Shown: positions 19,159 through 31,158 of the stretch, piece by piece
How the letters are laid out: the number at the start of each line of letters is the position of its first letter
Position numbering within the stretch: position 1 is the stretch's first letter
Origin: a bacterium
GTDB lineage: Bacteria; Hinthialibacterota; Hinthialibacteria; Hinthialibacterales; Hinthialibacteraceae
NCBI GenBank assembly: GCA_041946805.1
Contig: JBHGBC010000009.1
Span: 16,372 to 80,371 of the forward strand
Length of the DNA: 64,000 bases
Direction of reading: 5' to 3'
Notes under the pieces: generated by a model
What the model saw: only the letters and a program-made list of their open reading frames with translations
What the model was told of the DNA's origin: nothing
Database searches by the model: none
Translations under genes and position numbers: made by a program

Positions 19159-19219
19159 ATTTCTTTCTTTTCCAACCTCCCGGGACATGAAAAGTCATGG
19201 GGTTTCCACCCGCCGGTTA

Positions 19220-20902
19220 TTATGGATTGCCCTTGCGCATATACCCCCCGAGGGAACGGTCGTACGTGAGATGGCTGAAATCGTAGGGGTCGTCCGTGGC
19301 GGGCGCGGTCTTGAAATTGTAATAAGGAGGCGGCGACGCGCAGGTCCATTCCAGGGTGGCCGCGCCCCAGGGATTGTCCGGAGCTTTCGCCCCCCGAAAC
19401 AGGGAATGCAACAAGTATCCGGCAATCATGAAAAAACCCACCGCCATGATGTAGGAACCGATCGAGGAGAGCACATGCCAGAACGTGAAAACCGTGTCGT
19501 AGTTGTAATACCGGCGCGGCATGCCCTTGGCCCCCATGACGAATTGCGCGAAGAAGGTCAGGTTGAATCCCACGAAGACCAGCAGGGCGGCGATCCGTCC
19601 CCAAAATTCACTGTACATCCGGCCGAACATCTTGGGCCACCAGTAATGCAGCCCGCCCAGGAACGCGATCACCGTGCCTCCGAACATCACATAATGAAAA
19701 TGGGCGACGACGAAATAGGTATCGTGCAGGTGGACATCCACCGCCAGCGCGCCCAGGAACAGCCCGGTCAGCCCCCCGATCCCGAACAGAAACAGAAATG
19801 ACAGGGCGTACAGCATGGGTGTATCGAGATGGATCGAGCCTTTGTACATGGTGGCCAGCCAGTTGAAGACCTTGATGGCCGAGGGGATCGCGACGCTGAA
19901 GGTCAGGAAACTGAAGATCATGTTGGCCAGCGGGGATTGGCCGCTGGTAAACATGTGGTGTCCCCAAACCAGAAAACTGAGGATCGCGATGGCGATGCTG
20001 CTCATCGCGATGAACTTGTATCCGAAGATATGTTTGCGGCTGAAGACGGAGATCAGTTCGCTCATGATCCCCATCGCCGGCAGGATCATGATGTACACCG
20101 CCGGATGCGAATAAAACCAGAAGAAATGCTGATAGAGCACCGGATCGCCGCCCAGGTTGGGATCGAAGATGCCGATCCCCAGCCCGCGTTCGACGATCAG
20201 CAGCAGCAGGGTGATGCCCAGCACCGGGGTCGCCAAAATCTGGATCACGCTGGTGCCATACAACGCCCAGAGGAAAAGAGGCAGACGGAACCAGGTCATC
20301 CCATCCGGCCGCAGTTTGTGGATGCTGACCAGAAAATTCAATCCGGTAAAGATGGAGCTGAATCCCAGGATGAACGCTCCGAAGGTCAGCCAATACACCC
20401 CGCTATGGCTGGTGGTGGTGCTGTAAGGCGTGTAGAAGGTCCAGCCGGTATCCACACTGCCTAACACGATAGAAAGTAGCGCCAGCAGGGCGCCCGTGAC
20501 GTACAAATAGTAACTGGCCAGGTTCAACCGGGGAAACGCGACATCCTTGGCGCCCAGCATGAGGGGCAGCACGAAGTTGCCCAACGCGGCAGGGATGCCG
20601 GGGATGATGAAGAGGAAGATCATGATCGTTCCGTGCAGGGTGAACAACTGGTTGTAGGTGTCGGCGTCGACGATGGTCTTCTTGGGCGTCAACAACTCGG
20701 TGCGGATGAGCAAGGCCATCATCCCGCCCAAAAAGAAGGCCGTGAGGATCGAGATCAGGTACATCACCCCGATGCGCTTGTGATCGAGGGTCGACGCCCA
20801 GGACCAAAATCCCCGGCCGTGTGTCAGGTAGTTGTCCTCATCCCCGCGCGCGGCATCCCGCGCCCGCGCCTCCGCATCCGGCCGAGTAATTGTGGTGACC
20901 AT
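19220..20902 (-). CDS. ctaD: Cytochrome c oxidase subunit I (A2 type)
   Basis: [22 protein letters not shown] (YS motif = type A2), [19 protein letters not shown] and GMPRRY. Confidence 0.97.
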   Translation of the reverse strand: MVTTITRPDAEARARDAARGDEDNYLTHGRGFWSWASTLDHKRIGVMYLISILTAFFLGGMMALLIRTELLTPKKTIVDADTYNQLFTLHGTIMIFLFIIPGIPAALGNFVLPLMLGAKDVAFPRLNLASYYLYVTGALLALLSIVLGSVDTGWTFYTPYSTTTSHSGVYWLTFGAFILGFSSIFTGLNFLVSIHKLRPDGMTWFRLPLFLWALYGTSVIQILATPVLGITLLLLIVERGLGIGIFDPNLGGDPVLYQHFFWFYSHPAVYIMILPAMGIMSELISVFSRKHIFGYKFIAMSSIAIAILSFLVWGHHMFTSGQSPLANMIFSFLTFSVAIPSAIKVFNWLATMYKGSIHLDTPMLYALSFLFLFGIGGLTGLFLGALAVDVHLHDTYFVVAHFHYVMFGGTVIAFLGGLHYWWPKMFGRMYSEFWGRIAALLVFVGFNLTFFAQFVMGAKGMPRRYYNYDTVFTFWHVLSSIGSYIMAVGFFMIAGYLLHSLFRGAKAPDNPWGAATLEWTCASPPPYYNFKTAPATDDPYDFSHLTYDRSLGGYMRKGNP

Positions 20903-20927
20903 GTTCGTTCCTTTATCCGGACGGCGG

Positions 20928-21896
20928 TCAGGAGCCGCTTCCGGGATTCTCCTTCAAGGTTTTGAGGTATTCAATGATGGCCGCGATCTCTTCTTCTTTC
21001 AGCTTTCCCTGGAAGGTGGGCATGATGTTGTCGAAGCCCGCGACGATCTGCGCCGCCGGTTCCAGGAGGGAACGCCGGATGTAATCCTCATCGACGGTGA
21101 CCGCCGAGCCATCGGCCAATTTCACCGGATGCCCATACAGACCGAGGAACGTGGGGCCGTCATCGGCCGATCCGTCGAGAGTGTGGCATTGCGCGCAGCC
21201 CTTGCGCTTGTACAGGACCGCGCCCGCCTCCACGGGGGTCATCCGCTTGAGCAGGTTCGAGGCTTCCTCCAGCCAGGTCTCGTAACCGCCCGGCTCGTGC
21301 ACCGTCAGCTCGGCGAACATGTCGGAATGCCCCGTCCCGCAATACTCCGCGCAATAGACGGGAAACGTGCCCGTTTGCGTGGCCTTGGCCCACGCGGTGG
21401 TCAGCCGCCCCGGCACGGCATCCATTTTCAGCCGGAACGCGGGGATGAACAGACTGTGGGTCACGTCCTCCGATGAGATGATCAATTTCACCGGAGTGTC
21501 CACGGGGATATGCAGGCCCTCGTCGATGTGCCCGTTGGGGTACTTGAAGAACCATTGCCACTTCTGTCCCGTGACCCAGATGTCCAGCGTGTTGCCCGGG
21601 GCGAGGTGGATGTCCATGTAGGTCCGGAAACCGTAGAAGAAGATCACCAGCACGATCAGGATGGGGATCACCGTCCAGGTGATCTCCAAGGCCGTGTGCG
21701 ATTCATGGGATTCTTCTTCCACCCATCCTTCCCGCTGCCGGTACTTGATCACGAAAACGGTCATGATCCCGACAATCAACAGGAAGAAGAAGACCGCGAT
21801 CCAGTAAATGAAATAGAAGACCCAGTCCACCTCTTGCGCCGTGGTGGACGCTTGAGGGGGCATCCAGAATGTGCCAGCCGATTGCGCCAAAATCAT
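20928..21896 (-). CDS. ctaC: Cytochrome c oxidase subunit II with fused cytochrome c (caa3 type)
   Basis: CuA ligands DVTHS and [13 protein letters not shown]-terminal CAQCH heme motif. Confidence 0.96.
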   Translation of the reverse strand: MILAQSAGTFWMPPQASTTAQEVDWVFYFIYWIAVFFFLLIVGIMTVFVIKYRQREGWVEEESHESHTALEITWTVIPILIVLVIFFYGFRTYMDIHLAPGNTLDIWVTGQKWQWFFKYPNGHIDEGLHIPVDTPVKLIISSEDVTHSLFIPAFRLKMDAVPGRLTTAWAKATQTGTFPVYCAEYCGTGHSDMFAELTVHEPGGYETWLEEASNLLKRMTPVEAGAVLYKRKGCAQCHTLDGSADDGPTFLGLYGHPVKLADGSAVTVDEDYIRRSLLEPAAQIVAGFDNIMPTFQGKLKEEEIAAIIEYLKTLKENPGSGS

Positions 21897-21930
21897 GTTT
21901 TGTATCCCGTGTGATTGCGTGCTGTGAGCT

Positions 21931-22848
21931 TCACAGGTTCAGGCCCTGCCGGGCTTCGTTCATGGCCCGCCGACGGTTTTTCCGGTATTCGCGGCCCCAA
22001 TAAATCCCCAAAAAGATCCCCAGGGCCGCCACTGTCAGGCCGCCCCCGAACCGCATGATGTTCATCGCCACCGGCGCGTAACGGCTGACGCTGGGATCGT
22101 AATGGAAACAAGTCAGCAGAAAATGATCCAGCGCGGTCCCGATCTTACCCTCCGAGGCTTCCACCAGCGACAGCCGCAAGGTCTGGGGATCGAACTGGAT
22201 GCCGTACAGGTAGCGGGATACGCGGCCGTCCGGCGTGCAGAGGATCAGGGCCGCCGGATGCGCGAACTCTTTGCGCTTTTCGATCCACTTGAAGCCGAAG
22301 CCGGCCGTGTGGGTCAGTTTCAGGATGTTCTCGTTTTTCCCGGTCAGGAAATGCCAACCTTGGTAACCTTCCGTCCGCCCATATTCCTTGAGCACGTTTT
22401 GTTTCTTGAATTTGGCCAGGTTGGGGGTTTCCAGGGGATCGATGCTGAGAGTGACGATTTGAAAATCCTGACCCGCGGTGAGGGGGAGTTCCTTGAGCCC
22501 TTCCAGCAGGCCGTTCAGGATCAAGCCGCACAGCATGGGGCAGCGGTAATATCCCAGATTCAGGATCACGGGCAGGTGGCCGCTGAAATACTCGGCCAGC
22601 CGGACTTCCTTCCCCTCCTCGTCGAGGAAGGCCAGGTCCAGGGGGAGCGGGGTGTTGAGGTGCTCCGTGATCTCCACCCCTTCCAATTCCTGGGGTTCCC
22701 GGTTCAGTTGGGCGGCCGCATTCATGATCGATCCACCCAAGAGAACGCAACATGTTCCGAAAACGATAACTCCATGCCGGTATGCTTTGCGACGCATCAT
22801 CCAGCCTCCCTGGCCCGAGAATGCCGGTTGTTGGATTCCGGCCCTCAT
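21931..22848 (-). CDS. SCO/SenC family copper chaperone
   Basis: YYRCPMLC (CxxxC), FAHPA and SRYLYGI; ATGA-coupled start at 22848 (a later start is possible). Confidence 0.88.
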   Translation of the reverse strand: MRAGIQQPAFSGQGGWMMRRKAYRHGVIVFGTCCVLLGGSIMNAAAQLNREPQELEGVEITEHLNTPLPLDLAFLDEEGKEVRLAEYFSGHLPVILNLGYYRCPMLCGLILNGLLEGLKELPLTAGQDFQIVTLSIDPLETPNLAKFKKQNVLKEYGRTEGYQGWHFLTGKNENILKLTHTAGFGFKWIEKRKEFAHPAALILCTPDGRVSRYLYGIQFDPQTLRLSLVEASEGKIGTALDHFLLTCFHYDPSVSRYAPVAMNIMRFGGGLTVAALGIFLGIYWGREYRKNRRRAMNEARQGLNL

Positions 22849-23129
22849 TGATGTTCCTTCACCACCAGTTCCATGGCCCGGCCGATGGGGATCGCGACCG
22901 CGCGGCTGGCCTCGTTCACCCAGCGGTAGGCGTGGAGTTGTTCTTGTTGTTTGGCGGTCACCTGGGTGAGTTCCGCCGGCCTTTGGCTGACGACTTTGCG
23001 GGCGAACTCGCGCTCTTGATAGGTGTAGTACCAAACCTGCAGGCCGACGATCAATCCGAAAAGAAGTATAGCCGACAGAAATCCGATCAGCGCGATCAGG
23101 GACGTATTCAGGTCATCTCGATAAGCCAT
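22845..23129 (-). CDS. Small single-TM protein, probable ActG-like ACIII subunit
   Basis: One TM helix; Y.WV..A..VAIPI.RAMELV C-terminus; sits between actF and SCO. Confidence 0.6.
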   Translation of the reverse strand: MAYRDDLNTSLIALIGFLSAILLFGLIVGLQVWYYTYQEREFARKVVSQRPAELTQVTAKQQEQLHAYRWVNEASRAVAIPIGRAMELVVKEHQ

Positions 23130-23137
23130 GGCATGCC

Positions 23138-24352
23138 TCACGCATTCTCGAAGGTCAGGGATTCACCCAGCCGCGGATCCTTCACCGGGACCAGCGAGCG
23201 TCCCCGCGCCAGCCACGCCAGGTTGGCGAGATAAAGGCCGCCCAGGCCCGCCAGGCAGCCGAAATCCACCAGGTGTAGCGGGACGCCGGGGGGACTGAAT
23301 TCGGGCATCACCAGCCAATACAGGTCGATCCAGTGCATCGCCAAAATCCAGACGGCCCAAAAGGCCAGGAACGGTTTCCGCCGTTTGGGATACCGGGACA
23401 AAAGGCCGCAGAAAGGAATGACGAAATGCCCGAAGATCAGAATCAGCCCCACCCAACCCCAGCCGCCGCTCTGCCGCCGCAGGAACCAGCCGGTTTCCTC
23501 GGGGATGTTTCCGTACCACATCAGCATGTACTGGGAAAAGGCGATGTAGGCCCAGAAGAGGGTGAACGCCAGCAGCCATTTGCCCAGGTCGTGATAATGT
23601 TCCACGGTGATCGTATGGGTCAGCCGCCCCGTGCGCTGCAGCCCGTACACGGCGAGGGTCAGGAAGGCGTAAAAGCCCAGCATGCTTCCGCCGAAGTAAT
23701 AGACGCCGTAAATCGTGCTATACCAATGGGGATCCAACGACATGAGCCAATCGAACGCGGCGAAGGTGACCGTCAGGCCGAGCAGCAGCAGGGCCGGGGC
23801 GCTCATCCGTTCCAGGCGCAGGGTTAGATTGATGTCGCCGGATTCGTCCTGTTCCAGCGATCGGGACAACAGGTAGTACGCCAGGCCCGACCAAATGGCG
23901 AAATATAAAACACTGCGCGCCAGGAAAAACACCACGTTCAAATAGGGGCTTTTCCAGGCTAAGAGTGGATCCTCGCCGGCCACGCCCGTGTGGCTCCAGG
24001 GATACAGGTTTCCCAGCCCGGCCAGGATGGGCAGAAAGAGCACGGCCAGCAGGAGCATATTGGCCCCCATCAGTTCCGCCAGCCGCCGCACCACCACGCT
24101 CCAGCCCGCCCGGGAAATATGATGCAGCGCCACGAAAAACAACGCACCCAGCGAGAGGCTTATATAAAAGGTGTAACTGACGAGGTACGAATGGAAAAAC
24201 CTATTCCGTCCGTCCTCCAGGAACAAACTCAACAGAAACGTCGCGGCCAGCAATGCCAGCCCGGCTACCCCAGCCCACGGGGTGATCAGCAGGCCCGGGC
24301 GCTCCAAGTGGCGGCGTTCTTCCGTGATCTGGATTGGATCGGTCAGGTGCAA
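23138..24352 (-). CDS. actF: Alternative complex III subunit ActF
   Basis: DWLMSLDPHWYSTIYG, HYHDLGKW and FSQYMLMWYGNIPEETGW. Confidence 0.92.
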   Translation of the reverse strand: MHLTDPIQITEERRHLERPGLLITPWAGVAGLALLAATFLLSLFLEDGRNRFFHSYLVSYTFYISLSLGALFFVALHHISRAGWSVVVRRLAELMGANMLLLAVLFLPILAGLGNLYPWSHTGVAGEDPLLAWKSPYLNVVFFLARSVLYFAIWSGLAYYLLSRSLEQDESGDINLTLRLERMSAPALLLLGLTVTFAAFDWLMSLDPHWYSTIYGVYYFGGSMLGFYAFLTLAVYGLQRTGRLTHTITVEHYHDLGKWLLAFTLFWAYIAFSQYMLMWYGNIPEETGWFLRRQSGGWGWVGLILIFGHFVIPFCGLLSRYPKRRKPFLAFWAVWILAMHWIDLYWLVMPEFSPPGVPLHLVDFGCLAGLGGLYLANLAWLARGRSLVPVKDPRLGESLTFENA

Positions 24353-24373
24353 GGGATTCTCCCCCTCCTCGTT

Positions 24374-25024
24374 CTACCGTACGGTTTCGAGTTGAGCCCG
24401 GTATTCGGCCGGCACGTCATCCAAGGTAGCTTTCTGGCTGCGTTGCAGGGCGCGGACATAGGCCACGATCGCCCAGCGGTCCTCAGGCGGGATTTGAGTC
24501 CCATACGCCGGCATGTTGCGGATGCCGTGGGTGATGGTGTTGAAGATATGCCCCACGGGGCGCGCCAGCACGGTATCGCTGTGCAGGGAGGTGGGAGCCG
24601 TCCAGGTCCCTTCCTGCAGCCGGTCCGCCCGGAGCGCGGCCATTCCGTCCCCGTAGCCCGACAGGCCATGGCAGGGCGCGCAGTAGATGGTGAATTCCTT
24701 CTGCCCGCGTTCCATCATCGGCTGGGTCAGCTTCATGGGAAATTCGGTTACCCATTCACCCCCGTCCTTGCCCTGGTAGAAGCGCGTGTCGCTTTGCAAC
24801 TCGCCACGCGCCACGGTTCCCGGCACGCGGGGGCGCATGGCCCGCCCGTCGGCGAACAGAGGATTGCTCTGCTGCGCCTTGAAGCGGGGCTGGTTGTCCA
24901 TGTCCTGGACCAGATGGATCCGGGGGCGGTCCGATTTGGTCACCCGGGCCTTGGCGATCAACAGAAAGGGCAACAGGGCCAGGACCAGAACGAGGCTAAC
25001 GCTGATGACAATTCGAGCCGGCAT
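24374..25024 (-). CDS. actE: Alternative complex III monoheme cytochrome c ActE
   Basis: DMDNQPRFKAQ, PGTVARG, CAPCHG and MPAYG..DRWAIVAYVRALQ. Confidence 0.92.
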   Translation of the reverse strand: MPARIVISVSLVLVLALLPFLLIAKARVTKSDRPRIHLVQDMDNQPRFKAQQSNPLFADGRAMRPRVPGTVARGELQSDTRFYQGKDGGEWVTEFPMKLTQPMMERGQKEFTIYCAPCHGLSGYGDGMAALRADRLQEGTWTAPTSLHSDTVLARPVGHIFNTITHGIRNMPAYGTQIPPEDRWAIVAYVRALQRSQKATLDDVPAEYRAQLETVR

Positions 25025-25027
25025 GAA

Positions 25028-25600
25028 TCATTCCTCGATCAATTCCACCGCCTGTCCTCCGAGGGAAGACAGAAACTCGCGGGTTTTTTGCTCATGAAAA
25101 CGGGGGTCCGCCGCTTCGATCACGATGAAGAACTTATCCGTGGAGAACCGCCGGAACCGGGCGTTCGTCAGCAAGGGATGATGCCAGCGCGGCAGGCCGT
25201 TGAGCGCGAACAGGGAGACCACGGCCGCCACCGCGCTGAATAGGATGGTCAATTCGAAGGCGATGGGAATGTTCGCCGGCAGGCTGAAAAACGGCTTCCC
25301 GCTGACGATGATCGGATAGTCCACCGCGTTCATCCACCACTGCATGAGAATGGCGGCCGTCACGCCCGTCAGGCCGCCCCCCAGGACGATCCAGGGCAGG
25401 ACGGTCGGCCGGATGCCCATGGCTCCGTCCATCCCGTGGATCGGAATGGGCGAATGGACGTCCCAGTTTTGATAACCCGCGTCACGGACTTTCTCGGCGG
25501 CGCGCAGCACATCCGCCACCTCGTTGAATTCCACCATCAGGCCGTGGGCCCGGGCTTTGGATTGGGATGCCGGTGATTTGGATTCCGTCGGCCGGTTCAT
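25028..25600 (-). CDS. actD: Alternative complex III subunit ActD (DUF3341)
   Basis: HSPIPIHGMD, VDYPIIVSGKP and FELTILF. Confidence 0.92.
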   Translation of the reverse strand: MNRPTESKSPASQSKARAHGLMVEFNEVADVLRAAEKVRDAGYQNWDVHSPIPIHGMDGAMGIRPTVLPWIVLGGGLTGVTAAILMQWWMNAVDYPIIVSGKPFFSLPANIPIAFELTILFSAVAAVVSLFALNGLPRWHHPLLTNARFRRFSTDKFFIVIEAADPRFHEQKTREFLSSLGGQAVELIEE

Positions 25601-25603
25601 GCT

Positions 25604-27118
25604 TCACCCCTTCGGATGCAATGGATTCTCGGGCAGGCTGGTCTCGCCCCAGTATTCCGGTTCGTGCGCGTGGGGCACGTCGCCGTGGTAATCGCCCACG
25701 CCCCGGTGCTCGCCGTGTTCGAGCCGCGCCTGGGGCATGACGGTCTTCACTTCGGCCATCGCCACCATGGGCAGATAGCGGCAGAAGAGCAGGAACAGCG
25801 TGAAGAACAAGCCGAAACTGCCGATGAAGGTCAGGATGTCCACCCAGGTCGGCGCGTAATACCCCCAGCTGGAGGGCAAAAAGTCCCGGCTCAGCGAGGA
25901 CACCACGATCACGAAGCGCTCAAACCACATCCCCACGTTGATCAGGATGGAGAGAATGAACGTGATCAGCAGGTTGGTCCGGATCTTCTTGAACCAGAAA
26001 AACTGAGGGACCACCACGTTGCAGGTGATCATGGTCCAGTACGCCCACGCGTACGGCCCGAAGGCCCGGTTGATGAAGGCGAAGGCTTCGTACCGGTTGC
26101 CGCTGTACCAGGCCACGAAAAATTCGATCAGGTAGGCGTAGCCGACCATGGAGCCGGTCACCAGGATGATCTTGGTCATGTTCTCGATGTGCCGCAGCGA
26201 GATGATTTCCCGCAGGCCGAAATACTGCCGGGCGGGGATCATCAGCGACAGCACCATCGCGAAGCCGCTGAAGATGGCCCCGGCCACGAAATAAGGCGGG
26301 AAGATGGTGGTGTGCCAGCCGGGCAGCTGCGCCACGGCGAAGTCGAAACTCACCACCGAGTGCACGCTGAGCACCAGGGGCGTCGCCAGCGCGGCCAGGA
26401 TCAGGTACGCGCATTCGTGCCGGTGCCAGTGGCGGTGCGAGCCGCGCCAGCCCAAGGCCAGGACGCCGTAGGCGATCTGCCGGACCTTGGTGGTGGCCCG
26501 GTCCCGCAGCGTGGCCAGGTCGGGGATCATTCCGACGTACCAGAACATAATGGAAACCAGAAAATACGTGTTGACCGCGAACACGTCCCAGAGCAGGGGG
26601 CTGCGGAAATTGGGCCACATCTGCATCTGGTTGGGATAGGGGGCCAGCCAGTACACCAGCCACACGCGGCCGACATGGATGCCCGGGAAAATGGCCGCGC
26701 AGATGACCGCGAAGATGGTCATGGCCTCGGCGAAGCGGTTGATGCTCGTGCGCCATTGCTGCCGGAACAGAAAGAGAATGGCCGAGATCAGCGTCCCCGC
26801 GTGCCCGATGCCCACCCAAAACACGAAGTTGATAATCGCCCAGCCCCAGGCCACGGGAATCATCACGCCCCAGACGCCCAGACCCGTGCCGATCAGGTAG
26901 GCGATCATCGCGAACATCACCATCGTCCAGAACACCGAGATGCCGAAGGCGATGTACCAGGCCCGGGGGGGCTTGGGCCGCTCGACGATGCCGCATACTT
27001 TCTCGGTGATCGACGCGTAATCGTTGTCGCCGGTGATCAGGGGCGCGCGCCGCCGGGGATCGTTTTGGGTATTGTCGAATTCACGCGGCGCCGTGTGTCG
27101 TAGGGTTGTTGTGATCAT
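25604..27118 (-). CDS. actC: Alternative complex III NrfD/PsrC-like subunit ActC
   Basis: [52 protein letters not shown] and GMWFERFVI. Confidence 0.95.
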   Translation of the reverse strand: MITTTLRHTAPREFDNTQNDPRRRAPLITGDNDYASITEKVCGIVERPKPPRAWYIAFGISVFWTMVMFAMIAYLIGTGLGVWGVMIPVAWGWAIINFVFWVGIGHAGTLISAILFLFRQQWRTSINRFAEAMTIFAVICAAIFPGIHVGRVWLVYWLAPYPNQMQMWPNFRSPLLWDVFAVNTYFLVSIMFWYVGMIPDLATLRDRATTKVRQIAYGVLALGWRGSHRHWHRHECAYLILAALATPLVLSVHSVVSFDFAVAQLPGWHTTIFPPYFVAGAIFSGFAMVLSLMIPARQYFGLREIISLRHIENMTKIILVTGSMVGYAYLIEFFVAWYSGNRYEAFAFINRAFGPYAWAYWTMITCNVVVPQFFWFKKIRTNLLITFILSILINVGMWFERFVIVVSSLSRDFLPSSWGYYAPTWVDILTFIGSFGLFFTLFLLFCRYLPMVAMAEVKTVMPQARLEHGEHRGVGDYHGDVPHAHEPEYWGETSLPENPLHPKG

Positions 27119-30100
27119 CCTCTTTTTTCATCCAATTCGGGATTGGGATTCCACACGCGGGCCAGATACGCGGTCCGCGGTTTGACATTCAACTCGCCCA
27201 GCATCGCGTAGGCCCGGTTGTGTTCGTGCAATTTCGACACCCGGCTGGCGGGATCATTCAAATCGCCGAACACGATAGCCTGGGCCGGGCACGTCTGGGC
27301 GCAGGCGGGCACGATCTCGCCGTCCTGGATGGTCCGTCCGTTGTTTTGGGCCTGGATCTTGACCTGCTCGATCCGCTGCACGCAGTAGGTGCATTTCTCC
27401 ATGACGCCCCGGCTGCGGACCGTGACCTCGGGGTTGAAAACCATCTTCTCGGTTTCCTCGAGATGCTTGTGATAATTGAAGAAATTGAAACGCCGGACCT
27501 TGAAGGGGCAGTTGTTGGAGCAATACCGGGTGCCCACGCAGCGGTTGTAGACCATCACGTTCAGCCCCTCGTGCGTATGCACGGTGGCGTTCACCGGACA
27601 TACCTGCTCGCAGGGGGCGTTTTCGCAATGCACGCACGCTACGGGCTGACGGGCCACCCGGGGAGCCTCCGGTTCGCCGCTGAAATACCGGTCGATCCGG
27701 ATCCACTGCATCTCCCGCCCCCGCTGGATTTGTTCCTTGCCCACGACCGGGATGTTGTTTTCCGCCTGGCAGGCCACCACGCAGGCGGAACAGCCCGTGC
27801 AGGCGTTGAGGTCGATGACCATGCCCCACTTGTGGCCCTCGTACGGATGCTCGGCGAAGAGCTGCGCCGGCGCGTGTTCCTCCTGATGGAAAATGTGGGG
27901 ATCGGCTTGGTAGTTCTCCAGGGTGGCTTCGCGGATCAATTCGTGTATGCGCTCGCCCCGCTCCCGCATGCCCACCACGTCGATGGCGTGATGGTCCTGG
28001 GTGCAGGCCTGAAGATAAGTCCGTCCGGTTTTTTCGATCGTCAAGCCGCCGCTGAAATTCAGGGCGTCGCTGACGCGCAACGCGTGGACCGGGAATCCGG
28101 CCTGGTTGCCCACCCGCCCCGCCTGGGTCCGGCCGTATCCCAGCGCCACGGTTACGGTTTTCGCGGGCTGTCCGGGAAGAATGAACACCGCCGCCTCGGC
28201 TTCCCGGCCGCGCAGTTTCAGCCGCAGCAAGTCGCCGTCCTGGACTTGGAGTTCCCCGGCGGTGGCGGGGCTGAGCAACGCGGCGTTGTCCCAGGACATC
28301 TTGGTCATGAAGTCGGGTAGTTCCTGCAGCCAGCCGTTGTTGGCGAAACGCCCGTCGTAGAGTTTCGTATCGGGGATAAAGACAATCTCATAGGGCCCCT
28401 CGGATGCCGAAGGTTTCCACGCGGCGGCGATCTCGGACGGCTGGATTGTGGGTGTCACCGGAGGACAGGCGGTATCCGCGATCACCCCATCATGCAGCCA
28501 TTGCCTCCAATCCGCTTCGAAATCGGCGGGCTGCAAGAGATTTTTCAGGATCCGCCGGGTGATTTCGTATCCCTGAGTGATCTCGTCCCCCAGAATCCGC
28601 GCCAGCAGCTCGGCGGGTGTACGGCCCCCGTAGAGCGGTTCGATCAACGGCTGGACCGTGGAGATCGTACCATCATACGCCCGGGTGTCGCCCCACGCCT
28701 CCAGGTAATGCGCGCGGGGGATATACCATCCGCACAAGGCCGAGGTTTCGTTGCGGTATAAGCTCAAGTGAAGGCTTGTGGGGATCTTGGCCAGGAGGGC
28801 GGAGAATTCGAGATCCGCGGGAGCGTCGTAGGCGGGATTGCCGCCCAAAATCAGCAGGGTTTCCACCTGCCCGGCCTTCACCGTTTCGGCCAGGCCGCGG
28901 ATGGCTTCTCCATGCGATACTCCCTGAAAAACCTCGTCCCGCGTATAAGTGGCCGTGCGGCCGGTGTTCCCCAGCATATCATTGAGCAAGGCCGCCAGGG
29001 CATGGAGAAACGGCGGTTGCTGGCAGCCCACGGCCACCAGGCATTGTCCGCGGTTCGCCACTAAATCCTTGACCAGCGCGGTTCGCCATTCCTTGTGGGG
29101 AGCCTCCGCCCTTATATTTTTGAGAAATTCCTGGATCCCTTGCATGGAAGCCGGGAGTTGCATATCCGGGTGTTGGACGAGCTCCGCCGCCAAGGCCAGC
29201 GCGAACGGCTGGATCGTACTTGGCGGCAGCGCCAACCGGTGATCCGCCAGGCTGCCCGTGGTGGAGCAGTGCGATTCCACCGCGTACAGGCGGCTCATGC
29301 CGCCGGATTCGGGGTCGCGCCCGCGGTTGAAATCCCGCACATGTTTCAATTTGGCCGGATGCGCGCCCAGCGGATCCGCATCAAGGCAGAGAATGATCTT
29401 TGCCTGATCCAAATGCGGATGAACGCGCAGGGCCTCGCCGAACGCGAGCCGTGTCCCCAGCCGCTCGTTGTCCCCGCTGACCGATTCGTATTCAAACCAG
29501 CGCGCGTTGGGAAACGCCTGCAACAGCCGCCCACGCAGTTCCCGCACGCTGGGGGAGGATGTGGCTTCGCTCAAGACGCAAAATCCCTTCCCACCCTGTT
29601 GCCGCGCAGAGGAAAAATGCTGGCGCAGGAAGGAATCGACATCGGGCCAGGAAACCGTTCGACTTTGATTCTCTTCCTTGATGAAGGGATATTTGCCGCG
29701 GTCGGGATCGTACATCTCCAAGACACTGGCTTGCGCGAGGACATCCGCGGCGCCCAGGTTGCAGGGATGGCTGGGATTGCCTTCGACCTTGATCGGCCGC
29801 CCGTCGTAGCTGGTCACCAGCAATCCGTGCCCGATGCCGCCCAGTTCCATGGACGTGGCGTACCGCTCCGGCACGCCGGGCATCCGGCCTTCGGGACGTT
29901 GGGAGTAGGGAACGATGTTCTCCTTGGGCCACCGGCACGCGGTGAGCCCCGCCAGGCCGAACGAAGCGGCCATGATCCGCAAAAATTGGCGGCGGTCCGG
30001 CCCCTCTAAATATCCGGCCGCCCGGTTGGGAAATTCCCGTTCCACGAATTCGCGGAATTCCGGCTGATCGGCCAATTCGTCCAGGCTGCGCCAATACCGC

Positions 30101-30159
30101 CGGCCTTGCGGCTCTTCCGTAAGGGGCAGGGTTACAATCGGATCGTTTATCGATGGCAT
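27115..30159 (-). CDS. actB: Alternative complex III subunit ActB (molybdopterin-oxidoreductase-like + Fe-S)
   Basis: [13 protein letters not shown] Tat variant, [47 protein letters not shown] and EKCTYC. Confidence 0.95.
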   Translation of the reverse strand: MPSINDPIVTLPLTEEPQGRRYWRSLDELADQPEFREFVEREFPNRAAGYLEGPDRRQFLRIMAASFGLAGLTACRWPKENIVPYSQRPEGRMPGVPERYATSMELGGIGHGLLVTSYDGRPIKVEGNPSHPCNLGAADVLAQASVLEMYDPDRGKYPFIKEENQSRTVSWPDVDSFLRQHFSSARQQGGKGFCVLSEATSSPSVRELRGRLLQAFPNARWFEYESVSGDNERLGTRLAFGEALRVHPHLDQAKIILCLDADPLGAHPAKLKHVRDFNRGRDPESGGMSRLYAVESHCSTTGSLADHRLALPPSTIQPFALALAAELVQHPDMQLPASMQGIQEFLKNIRAEAPHKEWRTALVKDLVANRGQCLVAVGCQQPPFLHALAALLNDMLGNTGRTATYTRDEVFQGVSHGEAIRGLAETVKAGQVETLLILGGNPAYDAPADLEFSALLAKIPTSLHLSLYRNETSALCGWYIPRAHYLEAWGDTRAYDGTISTVQPLIEPLYGGRTPAELLARILGDEITQGYEITRRILKNLLQPADFEADWRQWLHDGVIADTACPPVTPTIQPSEIAAAWKPSASEGPYEIVFIPDTKLYDGRFANNGWLQELPDFMTKMSWDNAALLSPATAGELQVQDGDLLRLKLRGREAEAAVFILPGQPAKTVTVALGYGRTQAGRVGNQAGFPVHALRVSDALNFSGGLTIEKTGRTYLQACTQDHHAIDVVGMRERGERIHELIREATLENYQADPHIFHQEEHAPAQLFAEHPYEGHKWGMVIDLNACTGCSACVVACQAENNIPVVGKEQIQRGREMQWIRIDRYFSGEPEAPRVARQPVACVHCENAPCEQVCPVNATVHTHEGLNVMVYNRCVGTRYCSNNCPFKVRRFNFFNYHKHLEETEKMVFNPEVTVRSRGVMEKCTYCVQRIEQVKIQAQNNGRTIQDGEIVPACAQTCPAQAIVFGDLNDPASRVSKLHEHNRAYAMLGELNVKPRTAYLARVWNPNPELDEKRG

Positions 30160-30797
30160 GTCGCACAGTCCGTTGACGGATTGATATTATTTTTCCGTCG
30201 CAATTCTTTTCCGAGGGCCATGGGGTCTCCCTCCGGTGTCCAATCCAGCTGCGTGACCTTATCGGCGGGGCGCAGATGCTTTTCCGGGTTGCGGTGACAA
30301 TCCAGGCACCATCCCATGCTGAGCATTTCAGCCTGGTAAACCGTCTCCATCTTGTCGATCCGGCCGTGGCAGGAGACGCAGCTGATCCCCCGCGTGACAT
30401 GGGCGCTGTGGTTGAAATAGACATAATCGGGCAGATCGTGCACCCGCACCCATTTGATGGGCATACCGGTCGCGTAACTCTCCCGCACCGGGATCAATTT
30501 TTGGCTGTCGGCGCGGATCATCTTGTGGCAGTTCATGCAGGTTTGCGTGGGCGGAATCGAGGCCTGGGCGGATTTCTCCACCGTGTTGTGGCAATACCGG
30601 CAGTCAATCCCCAGTTCCCCGGCGTGCAAGGCATGGCTGTACTCGACCGGCTGGGTGGGCATGTACCCCACATCGGTCGTGCGGGGCGATCCGCCATAAT
30701 ACAAAAGCGTTACCGCATAAGAGGAACCGATGACTAGAAAAATAGCCAACGCCGTTGGAACGTGATTAGCCCATTTCGGAAAGGAAAAGGATTCCAT
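30147..30797 (-). CDS. actA: Alternative complex III pentaheme cytochrome c ActA
   Basis: One TM helix and five CxxCH motifs (CRYCH, CMNCH, CVSCH, CLDCH, CATCH). Confidence 0.93.
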   Translation of the reverse strand: MESFSFPKWANHVPTALAIFLVIGSSYAVTLLYYGGSPRTTDVGYMPTQPVEYSHALHAGELGIDCRYCHNTVEKSAQASIPPTQTCMNCHKMIRADSQKLIPVRESYATGMPIKWVRVHDLPDYVYFNHSAHVTRGISCVSCHGRIDKMETVYQAEMLSMGWCLDCHRNPEKHLRPADKVTQLDWTPEGDPMALGKELRRKNNINPSTDCATCHR

Positions 30798-31158
30798 TGA
30801 TTTTCGGGTTTTTTTATTGTTTATATTGGAAGACCACGAAAAGACGGGATGTGGCAGGCGAGATGATGCTAGAGATTATGTATCCTCATCCAGAAAATGG
30901 AAGTGTTGAAATCAAGAAATCTGATAAATTTTATTAATTTTATATAGATATAGGTTTTTATTGAGCTTACGGGGATGATCTTCTTTCTCTTTCGGGATGG
31001 AATAGATAATTTGTTACCCTTTTCAAGTATGAAAGGAGATTCAGGTTGAAAAGCTGGGGCGCGTTGCCACGTGTGCCTGCCATGCGACCGGACAACATTA
31101 TCGATAATACTTTAAAATCGTACAGATTCAATCCACATGGAATGGAGGTTAAACTATC

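Noticed and set aside
19176..19216. IS200/IS605-end-like hairpin between coxI and coxIII (similar weak motif at about 41596-41621)
   Set aside because: Short, imperfect match with no tnpA/tnpB; cannot be told apart from an ordinary stem-loop
30798..31158. AT-rich region upstream of actA as an FNR/Rex site or foreign DNA
   Set aside because: No correctly spaced TTGAT-N4-ATCAA or Rex box; consistent with an ordinary divergent promoter
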